64,000 bases of DNA, taken from contig OX597840.1 of assembly GCA_951406725.2 (NCBI GenBank), positions 33,046,001 through 33,110,000 of the forward strand, in the 5' to 3' direction. The stretch is from Octopus vulgaris. Taxonomy: Eukaryota. The notes below the pieces were generated by a model that saw only the letters and a program-made list of their open reading frames with translations, did not search any database and was not told the DNA's origin. Shown here piece after piece: positions 12,758 to 27,081 of this stretch (position 1 is its first letter; every line of letters starts with the position of its first letter). A program made the position numbers and the translations under genes.

Positions 12758-14199
12758 AAAAGAGAAACAACTATTATAGAAGCTTATTTCTCGTTGGTCC
12801 CCATAAGAAGAGATGTTTGCTAGAGGAGGAATCCTACCAGGGAGGCAGCCAGCCGGCCCGAAAGCCAGCCAGCAAGTTAAGAGAATAGCCCTCCCTCCTC
12901 CAACCTCTCCTCTTACCATCTTCTCGTGTAACAGCGGGAGAGTTGGTGTTGTAACAACGGGGTTCACTCCCTTGTGTTCGCCTCACTGCTAAAGTCAGTG
13001 AGTTTAGAATGGAAAAGGCAAGAGGAGAGGTGGGGGAGGGGGGCAGAATGAAACACCCTAGAAAATTCGTGAACTGTTTGGTTGTTTTTTGTTTTTGTTT
13101 TTGTTCTTGTTGTTGTTGTTGCTGGCTGTTGCTGTTGTTGTTTCGTTTCTTTTTTTTTTTGCCCTCCCCTCGTTGGTTTTATTGTTGTCAGCAACCAGCC
13201 GTCTCCTCCTTCCCTTTTCCCAATTTGTCGCTCTCTCTCCCCTCTCTCTCTCACTTCTTTCTTCCTCTCCCTCTCTCGCTTCCTCCCGTCCCTCTCTCTC
13301 CTTCCCCTCTCTTTCTTCATCTCTCTCTCCCTATTTTTAATTCTCATCTCTTTCTCTTCCTCCCCCATTTTACCTCTCCCTATCACACCCTCTTACACAC
13401 ATTCTCTCTCCCCCTCTCTATCTCTCGTATCCTGGTTCACTCTCCCCATCCCCATTTCCCTCGCATTATCGCTCTTTTTCTTTCTTTCCTCTCCCCTTCC
13501 CCCGCGCTTACTCTCTCTCCTCTCTTTCTCTCTCCTCTCTTTCTCTCTCTCCTCCCTTTCTCTCTCCCCTCTATTTCTCTTTCTTTCCTCTCCCCTTCCC
13601 CCGCGCTTACTCTCTCCTCCCTTTCTCTCTCCTCTCTTTCTCTCTCTCCTCCCTTTCTCTCTCCCCTCTATTTCTCTTTCTCTCCTTTCCCCTTCTCCCG
13701 CGCTTACTCTCTCTCCTCCCTTTCTCTCTCCCCTCTCTTTCTTTTTCTCTCCTTTCTTACTCTCTCTCCTCTCTTTCTCTCTCCTCTCTCTTTCTCTCTC
13801 TCACTCTATTTCTCTCATACAGATTCAATTCTCCCTCCTCCTTATATCACACACACACACATTCTCTCTCTTTGTCTCTCACTTTGTCCCTCTTTCTCCT
13901 CATTCTACTCCTCTCCCTCTTCTTTCTATCACACACACACACACATTCTCTCTCTTTCTCTTTCCCCTTCTCTCTCTCTCACCTAACGATCTATCCTATC
14001 CCTCATTTGCTCCACATCACTTCTCCTCCACACCCCTCCCCCACCTTTCCATCAACTAACCCTCTCCCCCCAATTCAAGGTTTTCTCTCCCCCACCACAC
14101 TTCCACTTCCCCCGCTCCTTGTCCTGTCTCATCATGCACGTACTCCCCCCACCCCACCCCATCCCACCTTGTTTTTTCCTCATCATCACTTACTGTAAC

Positions 14200-14318
14200 A
14201 TCATCGTCATCGACGCCGCTCCCGTTGTCGTCATCATCATCATCATCATCACTTTCATCATCATCACCATCGTGTCATCATCATCATCATCATCGTATCA
14301 TCATCATCATCATCGTAG

Positions 14319-14353
<35 letters not shown>

Positions 14354-14950
14354 GTAGTCCTCCTCATCATCATCGTAGTCATTATCATCATCATCATCAT
14401 CATCATCATCATCGTCGTAGCCATCATCGTCGTCATCTTCATGATCGTTGTCGCTATCATCATCATCATCATCATCATCATTTTCATGAACATCAACACC
14501 CCAATACGATACCCGTAACACCACCACCACCACCATCACCATTACCAGTATTGTCATCATCATCATCATCATCACCATCATCACCACCACTGCCTGCATC
14601 CCACACTATCGCTCCCCGCCGCCGCCGCCTTATTCCCACCACTGCCATCATACAGTTCAACATCTACACTCCTCTGCCACCACCACAACCACCACCATGA
14701 CTATCACTACCCCGAACAGCAAAACAACGCTACCACCACCACCAATACCAACACCATCTCTACCACCATCAATACTAATACCCAAACTTTAACGTCACTA
14801 CCTACAGCACTCTGCCACCACCACCACCACCACCACCACCACCATCATACCATCAAGGCCGCCGCCATTACTACCACTATCACCACCACCACCATCATAC
14901 CATCAACACCACCGCCACTACTACCACCACCACTACCACCACCACCCCCA
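14200..14950. repeat. (CAT)n and (CAC)n low-complexity tract
   Basis: Directly visible. Confidence 0.9.
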
Positions 14951-16438
14951 CCATCGTCTCTTTAGTTAATAAATTTATTTATTTATTTAAAAAGAAATTT
15001 CATTAATGGAAAAAAAAGGGAGAGAAACGTGATTTAACCAAAAAAAAAATTGTGGAAAAAAATAACAGAAAAAAATTTCGGCGGAGTTGGAGGGAAAGAA
15101 AAAGGGAGAAGATGGGAGGAAGAGGAGAGAGAGCGAGAGACGAAGTGGGAGTAGGGTTTTAGCCTTGATAGTGTGATGGTTGTGTGTTTTTTGGGGGTTT
15201 TTTTTGTTGTTGTTTTAGTGACACTTTTGGTGTATACAAGGGGTGGATTCTGAAGGCTGTTGGGAGTCACGGCGGCGGCGGTGGGGGTGATGGTTCAAGG
15301 GACGGCGAGGCGACGGGGGAGGATGGAGGAGAGCAGGAGTTGTTAATAGGTGGTGGTGGTGGTGGTGGTGGCGGGGAGGATGGGATTGTAGTAGCTGTGA
15401 TTGTATGTCTGTGTGTCTGTGTGTCTGTGTGGGAGGGGTACTGGCAAAGCTCATGGGGCGTTGGCCGTCCTTCCACGGCTGAATAAATAAATTATATATA
15501 TATACCGCATGTGTATACACACATGCACGCATATGCATACGCACAGACAGACATGTCTGTTTTTTGCATGTATGTATATATATATATATATAATGTATAT
15601 ATAATATATATCATATATATATATATATAATGTATATATAATATATATCATATATATATATACATATGTATGTGCCTATGGATTTATATATATATGTATA
15701 TATATATATATATGTATGTGTGTATATATATATATATTATTGTATATATAATATATATCCATATATACCATATATATATATACATATATATGTGTCTGGA
15801 TGTATATATGTATATGTATATATATATATACATATATATACACAATTTAATAAATAAAACATATGCATACATACATACATATATGTACATACCTACATCT
15901 ATATGTATATATACATGCATATATGAGTATATATATATATACACAATATATATGTATATATATATGTGTGTGCGTGTGTTATATGTACACAGACGCATGG
16001 AAGTACATGTATATATATATACATACATACGTATACATGTAATATACATTGCAAATGTAATTACGTCACATATACACATACACACACACACTCATATGTA
16101 TTGTATACCGGCGTGCACGTGCATGTGGTGAAAGTGTGTGTATGCACGATTGTTTGTGTCTGTGTGTCTGTCTGTTCGCAAGTATACATTCAAATATCCT
16201 GGGAAACAACGTCTATATTACAAGACGTTAAAAAAAATGTTTAATGAAATATTCAAGCATTGAGCACAGCGTTTCGTTTACATGGTTCATCAGGGGAGTA
16301 TGAATAAGAGCATATTGTCGCTATATATAGCAGGCAGAGTAATGTAAAACTCACAGGGCGAGGCGTAACCAATAGTCCGCCTTTACAATAACCTAGAAGT
16401 AAGAAAAATACATTTAATTATACATACATACACACACA

Positions 16439-16568
<130 letters not shown>

Positions 16569-16569
16569 T

Positions 16570-16985
16570 ATGTAAAATCCGTTCAGTCTGTCTCTGTGTG
16601 TGTGTCTTCTAGGATCTCGGGCATCCGCCATCCGAGTGCGCTCAAATTTGATATGTAGATACCGACGGTATCAGGGCGAGCTGGCAGAAACGTTAGCACG
16701 CCGGGCGGAATGCTTAGCAGTATTTCATCTGCCGCTACGTTCTGAGTTCAAATTCCGCCGAGGTCGACTTTGCCTTTCATCCTTTCGGGGTCGATTAAAT
16801 AAGTACCAGTTACGCACTGGGGTTGATGTAATCGACTTAATCCGTTTGTCTGTCCTTGTTTGTCCTCTCTGTGTTTAGCCCCTTGTGGGTAGTAAAGAAA
16901 TAGGTATCAGGGTGTGTATAAGTCTTGAAAAAATTACAAAAATCGATTCCAGGTGAGGATTTGATCGATAAAGCCGTGGAAACGT
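16570..16985 (+). mobile_element. Non-autonomous repeat fragment (possibly Helitron-like) interrupted by SINE B
   Basis: Uninterrupted homologue on the minus strand at 34612-34790. Confidence 0.6.
16674..16903 (+). mobile_element. tRNA-derived SINE, family B monomer (about 230 bp)
   Basis: Head GGCGAGCTGGCAGAAACG and B box GAGTTCAAATTCC; flanked by duplicated GGTATCAGGG. Confidence 0.88.
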
Positions 16986-18354
16986 GCATATGTACGTGCA
17001 AGTACATCAGCTGTTGCAATCGATGCGTATGCGAGAAAAATGCACATGCAGTTTGCGCAAAACAAGCCGGCTGACTTGAAATGATGCCACAAAATGCAGT
17101 ATATTTAAGAGACCAAAAAAGTAAGACGCAAAAGAGATATTTTCTTCAAACTTGGCATGAAGGAAGGAAAGACTATTTGGTTTCTCAAGAAGTTTTTTTT
17201 TTTGCCTTAACTTCGTTTAAGAAAACCAAAAACAAGATACACACACACATTCCGTCTACCAAATCCACTCACAAGGCTTTGGCCGGCCCGAGGCTATAGT
17301 AGAAGACACTTGCCCAAGGTGTCACGCAGTGGGACTGAACCCGGATCCACGTGGTTCGTAAACAGGCTACTCACCACACAGCCACTCCTACACCTATACT
17401 GAAATCATCGTAAGGCAAAGGCATAATGTGTTTATCGCATACAACGTGTAGAAGGTGTCACGCAATGGGACTGAACCCGGAACCATTTGGTTCGTTGTTC
17501 ATCGCATTTGCATTAAATGCATATTGAATGCTTAAAACTACTTGTTTACTCGTTTCTTCTTGCCATAGAGGTGGTTGTGAGGTGTGCTAAAAATAACAGC
17601 TAAATAACGTTTTTTAGATAAATATTTTAAGTTCGTGCTATCGCATTAAGTGCATATTTGGACGATTCAAACTACTAAACAGGTGTCGTTTACAAATATT
17701 GACAACACGTGCTATTTTCAGGATAGTGACGACAAAATGTGCAGTCACGCACAAAATGACAGCTTCCAATCCTCTTCCCTGGCTGGGTGTAGACGATCAA
17801 ACTTTACACCTCTATAACTTTTTTAAAACATTTTTCTGGTAAGAGTGAAATAAACCCAGAAATTCAGCTTGGAAAAGTATATTAATGTGCCAAATTAAAA
17901 AATTTTTTGATAAACTTCAATTTTTGAAATGCTGGCAACCAAACCAGCTAGATCCGGAGTAAGTCGATTATTTCGACCCCAGTACTCAACTGGTATCTAT
18001 ATTATCGTCCCTGAAAGGATGAAAGACAAAGTCGACCATGGTGGAATTTGAACTGAAAATGTAAAAACGTACGAAATGCTGCTAGCATTTTGTCCGCCAT
18101 GGTAATGTCTCTGATAGTTCGCCGACTTATAACTGTTTATTATTTTTAGAGTGCTCAACTACTCCACAACGGAACGGTGAAATATTCTAATTTTCTCTTG
18201 CATAGGCGCTGAGGACGGCTATTGAGGCAGAAACACGGCATGTCACTTTTGGAGGATTTCTTTATCATTAAAGTTATCTCCCCTTTCCAAGTGATACTGG
18301 TCTTAACCACCAATCGATAATTATGTCACATCCTCTAAATGCGGAATTGATATT

Positions 18355-18830
18355 AATGACAGAGAAAGTTGAGCAGAGAATTTGCATGAAATTTTGCCAA
18401 AAGTTTGGTGCTAGCTACTCAGAGGCCTACTCAAAGTTTTCATAGTTCTCCACACAATCAAGGAGATCTTATGCAACTGAGACCCGAGTGTCGTTTTGAT
18501 CAGCTGAAAGCAGTTTTGGCACAAACTTAGCAGACACACGTCTCATACCCAAATCTTCAGTGATAATGGATTGAAGTGAACCGTAACTAATCTGCACATC
18601 CTCTGATAACTCACGGATGGTGATTCGGCGATTTCCCCTCACAGCTGCACACACATCTGTCATGTTTTTCTCAGTTCTGCTGGTTGCGGGCCTCCGAGAA
18701 TGTTCTTCAATATCGACATTTTTCGGCCATCTTGTAAACGTCTAAACCACTCATACACTTGTGTACGGCTCATATACCCCTCGCTATAACTTTCTGCAAC
18801 ATCGCGTAGACCTCTAAGCAGGTATCACCA
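18355..18830 (-). pseudogene. Mariner transposase N-terminal fragment, with a short inverted N-terminal piece on + at 18355-18440
   Basis: Minus strand: TQVYEWFRRL...NRRITIRELSEDVQISYGSLQSIITEDLGMRRVSAKFVPKLLS; plus strand: EQRICMKFCQKFG. Confidence 0.85.
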
Positions 18831-18869
18831 TGACAACGTTCTCTGTCATGGTCAATGCGACGATCACAT

Positions 18870-19270
18870 GAGTTGCTGTATGGTAAGTAGCTTGTTTACG
18901 AATCACATAGTTCCGGGTTCAGTCCCACTGCGTGGCACCTTCGGCAAGTGTCTTCTACTATAGCCTCGGACCACCAAAGCCTTGTGAGTGGATTTGGTAG
19001 ACGGAAACTGAAAGAAGCCCGTCGTATATATGTATATATATATATATGTGTGTGTATGTGTATGTGTGTCTGTGTTTGTCCCCCTAGCATTGCTTGACAA
19101 CCGATGCTGGTGTGTCTACGTCCCCCTAAATTAGCGATTCGGCAAAATAGACCGATAGAATAAGTACTGGGCTTACAAAGAATAAGTCCTGGAGTCGATT
19201 TGCTCGACTAAAGGCGGTGCTCCAGCATGGCCGCAGTTAAATGACTGAAACAAGTAAAAGAGTAAAAGAG
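18870..19270 (+). mobile_element. SINE family A copy
   Basis: Sequence identity to family A. Confidence 0.9.
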
Positions 19271-19642
19271 TATCAATAACAACAACAATCACAACCACCA
19301 CCACCAACAACAACAACAGCAACAAGTACAACAACCATAACAACGTTATCATCACCACCACCACCACCAACAACAACAACAGCATCACCTCTACCACCAA
19401 CCCCATCACGATTTCCACCCCCACCCCCACTACCTCATGTCACCCGCAACACACTAATCCCACCCCACACCTCCCCTCCCTCGCCACCCACTGTTGAACT
19501 GTACTTAACCTTTTACTTAACTCGAAGGGAAAGAGGAAGAGAGGGAAGAGGTAGTGTGAGGTTGCTAGTAGCAGTAAGAGGAGTGAGGAGGAGGTCAGTA
19601 GATGAGAAAAAGAGGGAGTAGGAGGATGGTAAGGAAGGGAGG

Positions 19643-19643
19643 T

Positions 19644-19706
<63 letters not shown>

Positions 19707-19707
19707 A

Positions 19708-19766
<59 letters not shown>

Positions 19767-19972
19767 ATAGCAGCAGCAGTAGTAGTGGTAGTAGTAGTAG
19801 TAGTGGTAGAGCAGCAGCAGCAGTAGTAGTGGTAGTTGCAGTGGTAGTAGTAGTAGTAAAAGTAGTAGTAGTAGTAGTAGTGATAGTATTAGTAGTAGTA
19901 ATTGTTGTTGTTGTTGTTGTTGTGGTACTAGTAGTAATGGTAGTTGTAGTAGTAGTAGAAGCACCTGTAGTT

Positions 19973-20013
<41 letters not shown>

Positions 20014-20030
20014 TGTAGTAGTAGTGGTAG
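19643..20030. repeat. (TAG)n microsatellite
   Basis: Directly visible. Confidence 0.95.
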
Positions 20031-20949
20031 AAGGAGGAGGAGAGGTATAGAGGACATACGTGAGATATGAGACAGAAGAGGATGTTCTTTCGATCAATCC
20101 GGGTCTACCCTGGGTGGTGCTAACTACCCTAATACGTTCCAGCCATGAACATCCCTGTGTAACTTCTCCCTTTTAAGATGGTGAAGTGTATGTGTGATTT
20201 TATCGACTGCTGCCCTTTTAGCCGAACTGCTAAGTTTGGGGGACGTAAACAAACCAGCACCGGTTGTCAGACGGTGGAATCGGGGACAAACAGACAAGCG
20301 CAAGGAGATGCATACATTTGTCTTTCCCTTGTTTCACTCATTGGACTGCGGCCACGCTGGGGCACCCTCTTGTTCGAGTCGATCAAATCGCCCCCAGTTC
20401 TTAGAGTTTTCTTTTTCAAGCGTGGTATTTATATCGGTGGCCTTCAGCCGAACCCCTAGTTTCTGGGGCGCAAATAAACCAACACTGGGTATGAAATAAT
20501 GGTGGCGGGGACAAACAGGCAAACACAAAGACACACAAAGGCGGTGATCCAGCATGGCTGTAGTCTAACGACTGAAACAAGTTAAAGATAAAAGAGGAAA
20601 GGTGTGTGTGTGTGTGTGGTGGGGTGTAAAGGTAAGATACAAGGGTCAAGGTGTAGGAAGTTAGTAAGCTTCGAAAGGTCTTCTTCCTCTTCTTCTTTCT
20701 TCTTCTTCTTCTTCTTCTTCTTCTCCTTCTTCTCCTCTTCTTTCTTCTTCTCCTTCTTCTCCTTCTTAACCTTCTTCTCCTTCTTCTCCTTTTTATTCTT
20801 CTTCCAGTTCCTTCTTCTTCTTCTCCTTCTTCTGCCTCTTTTCTTCTCCTTCTTCTTCTTCTTCTTCTTCTTCTTCTTCTTCTTCTTCTTCTTCTTCTTC
20901 TTCTTCTTCTTCTTCTTCTTCTTCACCTTTGTCATCTTCTTCTCCTGAA

Positions 20950-22338
20950 CTGAATTGCCTCTAGTTCATAATTACGAAGTATACTGGTATATAAATTATG
21001 GACTAGAGACAATTCAGTTCTGGCTGGACCAATTTCCGGAAGAAATACCAAAAAGGATCAGTAAAGAATTCATTACTAAATCGATTGAATTCATCCTACA
21101 AAATAACCACTTCATGTTGATAAAACGTTTTACCGTAAAAAATCCGGAATTATGGGTACTAGGGCAGCACCAGTCATTGCGAACCTAACAATGGTCTACC
21201 TGGAGATAATAATACACCAGGAATCTTTATCGACCTTTGGAAACCCCCTTTCTCAATACATAAAAGAAAATTGAAAAAGATTCCTAAACGACTGTTTTAT
21301 ACTATGGAATGAAAATACAGATAAACTCCTAAAATTCAAAAGCCTATTGAACAGCGTCAACCCAAACATACAGTTCACAATGGAGTACAACCAAAAGGAG
21401 CTTCCATTCTTAGATATATTGATTAAAAAAATAAGCCTAAAAATAGAAACGGACATATTTTACAAAACCACAGACGCCAAACACAATCTCGTTTTTGATT
21501 CATGCCACCCAAGACACACCAAAACAAACATCCTCTTCAACCTTGCAAGAAGGATATGCACAAGAGTGACATAACAAAATACCAGAAACTTTAGACTACA
21601 AGAACTCAAAAACACCCTAACTGACAGACACTACCCAGTTCAACTCATAGAAGATGGAATCAGACGTGCAACACAAATCGACATAGAAACCTTAAGAAAA
21701 GTTCAACACAGCAACACACCGTCCCCGAAAATACTGCCTTACATATCCACATACAACCCCACAAACAAAGAAGCCTTTACCATCGTCACCCAGAATTTAC
21801 CAATGCTACATAAGGACCCCAAATTAAAGGAAATTCTAAACATACATAAAATCATTAAAAGCTACAAACAACCGAAATCACAAAAAGATCCTCACAAAAT
21901 CAAAATTATTTTCTGAAATAACGGATGCAAGAGTAAAAAAAATGAGGTAGACCAAACTGTGCAACATGCCCAAACCTTCTAGAAGAAGCAGAATTCCTCT
22001 TCAAAGAGGGACAAAAATTCAAGAACAAATCTAATTTTACTTGTGCTTCAGAAAACCTAATTTATGTCATAAGATGCTCGGGCTTCCACAAAAACTACAT
22101 AGGGTCCTCGGAATTATCGCTCAGACGCAGATGCACTCTCCATCGACAGCAGATTGCATTCCCAGAATACAGAATGATATCCTATAGTGAGCATATTGAG
22201 AAATGCGCAAAGCAACTACTACCACAATTTATAATCTTTCCATTCTATCAATGTGCCATTGGAACACCAACACAAGTTAGATTAAACAAGGAAACCTTCT
22301 TCATTGGAAAATATAAGCCAAAACTTAACCATTTCTAA
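20950..22338 (+). pseudogene. Penelope-like element, 5'-truncated RT plus GIY-YIG endonuclease pseudogene
   Basis: MGTRAAPVIANL (RT motif), RFLNDCF (decayed YxDD), NPNIQFTME..LPFLD, DIFYKTTD, SCHPRHTK, and NLIYVIRCSGFHKNYIGSS...KYKPKLNHF* (GIY-YIG). Confidence 0.92.
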
Positions 22339-22553
22339 CATTTTTAAATAAGGAAACTCACCTCATTGACAAAAATATCAAGCAAAACCTAACCACTTGT
22401 AACATTCTATTCTTTCTAAACTAAATCATGTTTAATTAGTCATTCCCAACATGTTTGATTATCTCCTTTATACCGGAAAAATCCCTGATTACTTTCCCCT
22501 GTCTGGAACTCCATATTTCACAACATAGAGAAGACATGAGACGATATAGGTCA

Positions 22554-22599
22554 AGAAATTTGAGAAGTTTGAAAAGGAAATACGAAACCGGTTATTTCT
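22554..22599 (+). ncRNA. Minimal type I hammerhead ribozyme, U3-A8 variant, in PLE 3' region
   Basis: AGAAAT-TTGAGAA-GT..AC-GAAAC-CG-GTT-ATTTCT: 6-bp stem I, palindromic stem III, weak stem II. Confidence 0.6.
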
Positions 22600-23244
22600 C
22601 CAAAAACTATGTTACTATACACAAAACTTTATAACATTTTTTTAACATAACGACTTAATTATATTCTTTAACTATATAACGCAAGCCTTCTGTAGTTTTT
22701 TCACTCTTTTTTGTTTTATATATATATATGTATTATAATCTTCCAATACTGAAACACGTGTAGTTCCTTCATAATGATAATTTTAACTTAAGTAGAAGTT
22801 AATTAAGGAAGTATATTTTATACCCTGCTGGTGTACTGGTTTTATCATTAAAGTATTATTTCTTGATGTGTATATAGATACCACGAGTTATTCTCATTAT
22901 GGTATTTTTTGCATAATCTGAAATAGAATACGGAGATGTACTTGCATAGCAAGTGATTTGATCTGAGATCGTGTGCTGAAACGAAAACAATTGCAGCGTA
23001 AACTTAAATGTTGAAGTGAATCGAACGGCTTTTGTGTGTTTCTTAAATGGCTTATAAACACCTTCCACGCTGCAATTGAAATAGAATACCTACATATCTA
23101 TTAATCCCCAAAACTGAATTATTATATATAGATACACACACACACATACACACACGACAGGCTTCTTTCAGTTTCCTTCAACCAAATCCAATCATAAAGC
23201 TTTGATCGGTCCGAGGCTATCGTAGAAGACACTTGTCCAAGATG

Positions 23245-23855
23245 TCATGCAGTGGGGCTGAACCCGGAGCCATGTGGTTGAGAGGCAAGCCTCTTAGCAC
23301 ACAGCCAGTGAAAGAGAGTGCGAAATTGAGTGGTCACGCGGTGGGGCTGAACCCGGAGCCATGTGGTTGGGAGGCAAGCCTCTTACAACACAGTCAGTGA
23401 AAGAGAGCGAAAGTGAGTGGCCACGCGGTGGGGCTGAACCCGGAGCCATGTGGTCGGGAGGCAAGGCTCTTAGCACACAGTCAGTGAAAGAGAGCGAAAG
23501 TGAGTGGCCACGCGGTGGGGCTGAACCCGGATCCATGTGGTCGGGAGGCAAGGCTCTTAGCACACAGTCAGTGAAAGAGAGCGAAAGTGAGTGGCCACGC
23601 GGTGGGGCTGAACCCGGAGCCATGTGGTTGGGAGGCAAGCCTCTAACTACACAGTCAGTGAAAGAGAGTGAAAGTGAGTGGCCACACGGTGGGGCTGAAC
23701 CCGGAGCCATGTGGTTGGGAGGCAAGCCTCTTAGCACACAGTCAGTGAAAGAGAGCGAAAGTGAGTGGCCACGCGGTGGGGCTGAACCCGGAGCCATGTG
23801 GTCGGGAGGCAAGCTTCTTAGCACACAGTCAGTGACAGAGAGCAAAAGTGAGTGA
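23245..23855 (-). repeat. 87-bp tandem repeat x7 derived from the SINE A tRNA-like head
   Basis: GTGGGGCTGAACCCGG recurs at 23252, 23341, 23428, 23515, 23602, 23689 and 23776. Confidence 0.95.
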
Positions 23856-24171
23856 GAAGGCAGAATGTTTGGGGCAGAGTGGATTGTAGGTCGGTCAATA
23901 GGAAAATAGCGCAAGCGGGCACAGGTTGAAGGAGAGCAAATTGTTTAGTTGGGAAGACGGTAGCAGCAACAAATCGGGGCCATTGGTTTTAAAAAACAAA
24001 ACAAATGGGAAAGGAAAAGTGTAGCAAGATAAACTGGGAGACAGGATGTTATAAGATCGGCAATCTGATAAAGTCTGTTTCATCGGTTGGTTTATAGTAA
24101 AGCACTCGACTTGAGAAATATGTTGACAGATAAAAACTGGATAGGCTACCATCTGGCTGGAGAGAGAGGAA

Positions 24172-24930
<759 letters not shown>

Positions 24931-25100
24931 TTGTGATAAAGGTGGAGAAAGAGAGAGAGAGAGAAAGGGAGAGAAGGTGTAAAGATGTGTGTGTATATAC
25001 GTGTGTGTGTGTATTTCTGTGTGAGTGTGTGAGAGAGAGAGAAAGAGAGAGAGGGAGATGATGATAGAGGCGGAGAGAGAAAGAAAGAGAGCTTATGTAT

Positions 25101-25131
<31 letters not shown>

Positions 25132-25228
25132 CGGGTATAAAGACGTGTGTATATACTTGTGCGTGTATTTGTGAGTGTTTGTGAGCTCACGCGCACGTGT
25201 ATGTGTGTGTGTGTGTGTGTGCGAGTGA

Positions 25229-25263
<35 letters not shown>

Positions 25264-25299
25264 GGTATAAAGACGTGTGTATATACTTGTGCGTGTATT

Positions 25300-25338
<39 letters not shown>

Positions 25339-25391
25339 TTGTTTATGACAGAATGGAATAAAGATGCGTGTCGGTATTTGTGTGTGTCAAC

Positions 25392-25990
25392 GGCGGCGAG
25401 CTGGCAGAATCGTTAGCGCGCCGAGCGAAATGCTTTGCGGTATTTCGTCTGCCGTTACGTTCTGAGTTCAAATTCCGCCGAGGTCGACTTTGCCTTTCAT
25501 CCTTTCGGGGTCGATAAATTAAGTACCAGTTACGCACTGGGGTCGATGTAATCTACTTAATCCCTTTGTCTGTCCTTGTTTGTCCCTTCTATGTTTAGCC
25601 CCTTGTGGGTAGTAAAGAAATAGGTATTTCGTCTGCCGTTACCTTCTGAGTTCAAATTCTGCTGAGGTCGACTTTGCCTTTCATCCTTTCGGGGTCGATT
25701 AAATAAGTACCAGTTACGCACTGGGTCGATATAATCGACTTAATCCCTTTGTCTGTCCTTGTTTGTCCCTTCTGTGTTTAGCCCCTTGTGGGTAGTAAAG
25801 AAATAGGTATTTCGTCTGCCGTTACGTTCTGAGTTCAAATTCCGCCGAAGTCGACTTTGCCTTTCATCCTTTCGGGGGCGATAAATTAAGTACCTGTTAC
25901 GCACTGCGGTCGATATAATCGACTTAATCCCTTTGTCTGTCCTTGTTTGTCCCTTCTGTGTTTAACCCCTCGTGGGTAGTAAAGAAATAG
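25392..25990 (+). mobile_element. SINE B array: one head plus three ~184-bp bodies
   Basis: Bodies joined at AAATAGGTATTTCG; imperfect flanking duplication GGTATTT(G/T)TGTGTGT. Confidence 0.9.
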
Positions 25991-26006
25991 GTATTTTTGT
26001 GTGTAA

Positions 26007-26216
26007 TACTCTTTTACTTGTTTCAGTCATTTGACTGTGTCCATGCTGGAGCACCGCTTTTAGTCGAGCAAATCAACCCCAGGACTTATTCTTTGTAAGT
26101 CTAGTACATATTCTATCAGTCCCTTTTGCAGAAACGCTACGTTGCGGGGACGTAAGCACACCACCATGGGTTGTTAAGCGATGTTGGGGGACAAACACAA
26201 ACACACAAACATATAC

Positions 26217-26253
<37 letters not shown>

Positions 26254-26378
26254 CTACACACAGCGGGCTTCTTTCAGTTTCCGTCTACCAAATCCACTCA
26301 CAAGGTTTTGGTCGGCCCGAGGCTATTGTAGAAGACACCTGCCCAAGGTGCCACGCAGTGAGACTGAACCCGGAACCA
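26007..26378 (-). mobile_element. SINE family A copy, 5'-truncated
   Basis: Sequence identity to family A. Confidence 0.85.
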
Positions 26379-26549
26379 CACACACAGAGGAGACGAAGGA
26401 CAAAACTCAAAAATAAACAACTAAACTGGGAAGTGTGGACACACGTACCCCACAAAAAATAAAAAGAAAGAAAGAAAGAAAGAAAGAAGGAAAGAAAGGA
26501 AGAAAGAAAGTAAAACGCTTGTCTGCAACATAAATCACGAAATAAATAG

Positions 26550-26720
<171 letters not shown>

Positions 26721-27081
26721 GGGGAGAGAGGAGGACATAACATCATCATCATCATCAACATGACCATCATCAACAATAACAACAACAGCAGCAGCAGTTA
26801 CACCACTCTCCGTAATCTCATAATAACGGCTTTAATTAGAGTAGAGCCAGCAGAGTGCAATGGCGGGCAAACACCCGAGTCTGACATTTCAAGGAAAAAC
26901 GAGACACCAGAAAGAAGAAAAAGGAAAAGAAAAAGAAAGACGAAAAAGAAAAGAAAGAAGTGAAAGAAAAAGGGAAACGAAATACATGCAACACCTACAT
27001 AAACACCATCACCATCATAACTTCCACCATGGCCACCACCACCACCACCACCACCTTGACCACCACCGCCATCACCACCAG

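Noticed and set aside
16258-16295. Minus-strand CTGATGA...GAAACGCTGTG
   Set aside because: No stem II pairing and a GUG at the cleavage position
18209-18244. Hammerhead-like CTGAGGA...GAAAC-ACGGCAT-GTC
   Set aside because: Core and stem III fit, but stems I and II do not pair; at best a decayed relic
23245-23855. CRISPR-like regular array
   Set aside because: Whole units repeat without unique spacers, the unit is SINE-derived, the context is eukaryotic and there are no cas genes
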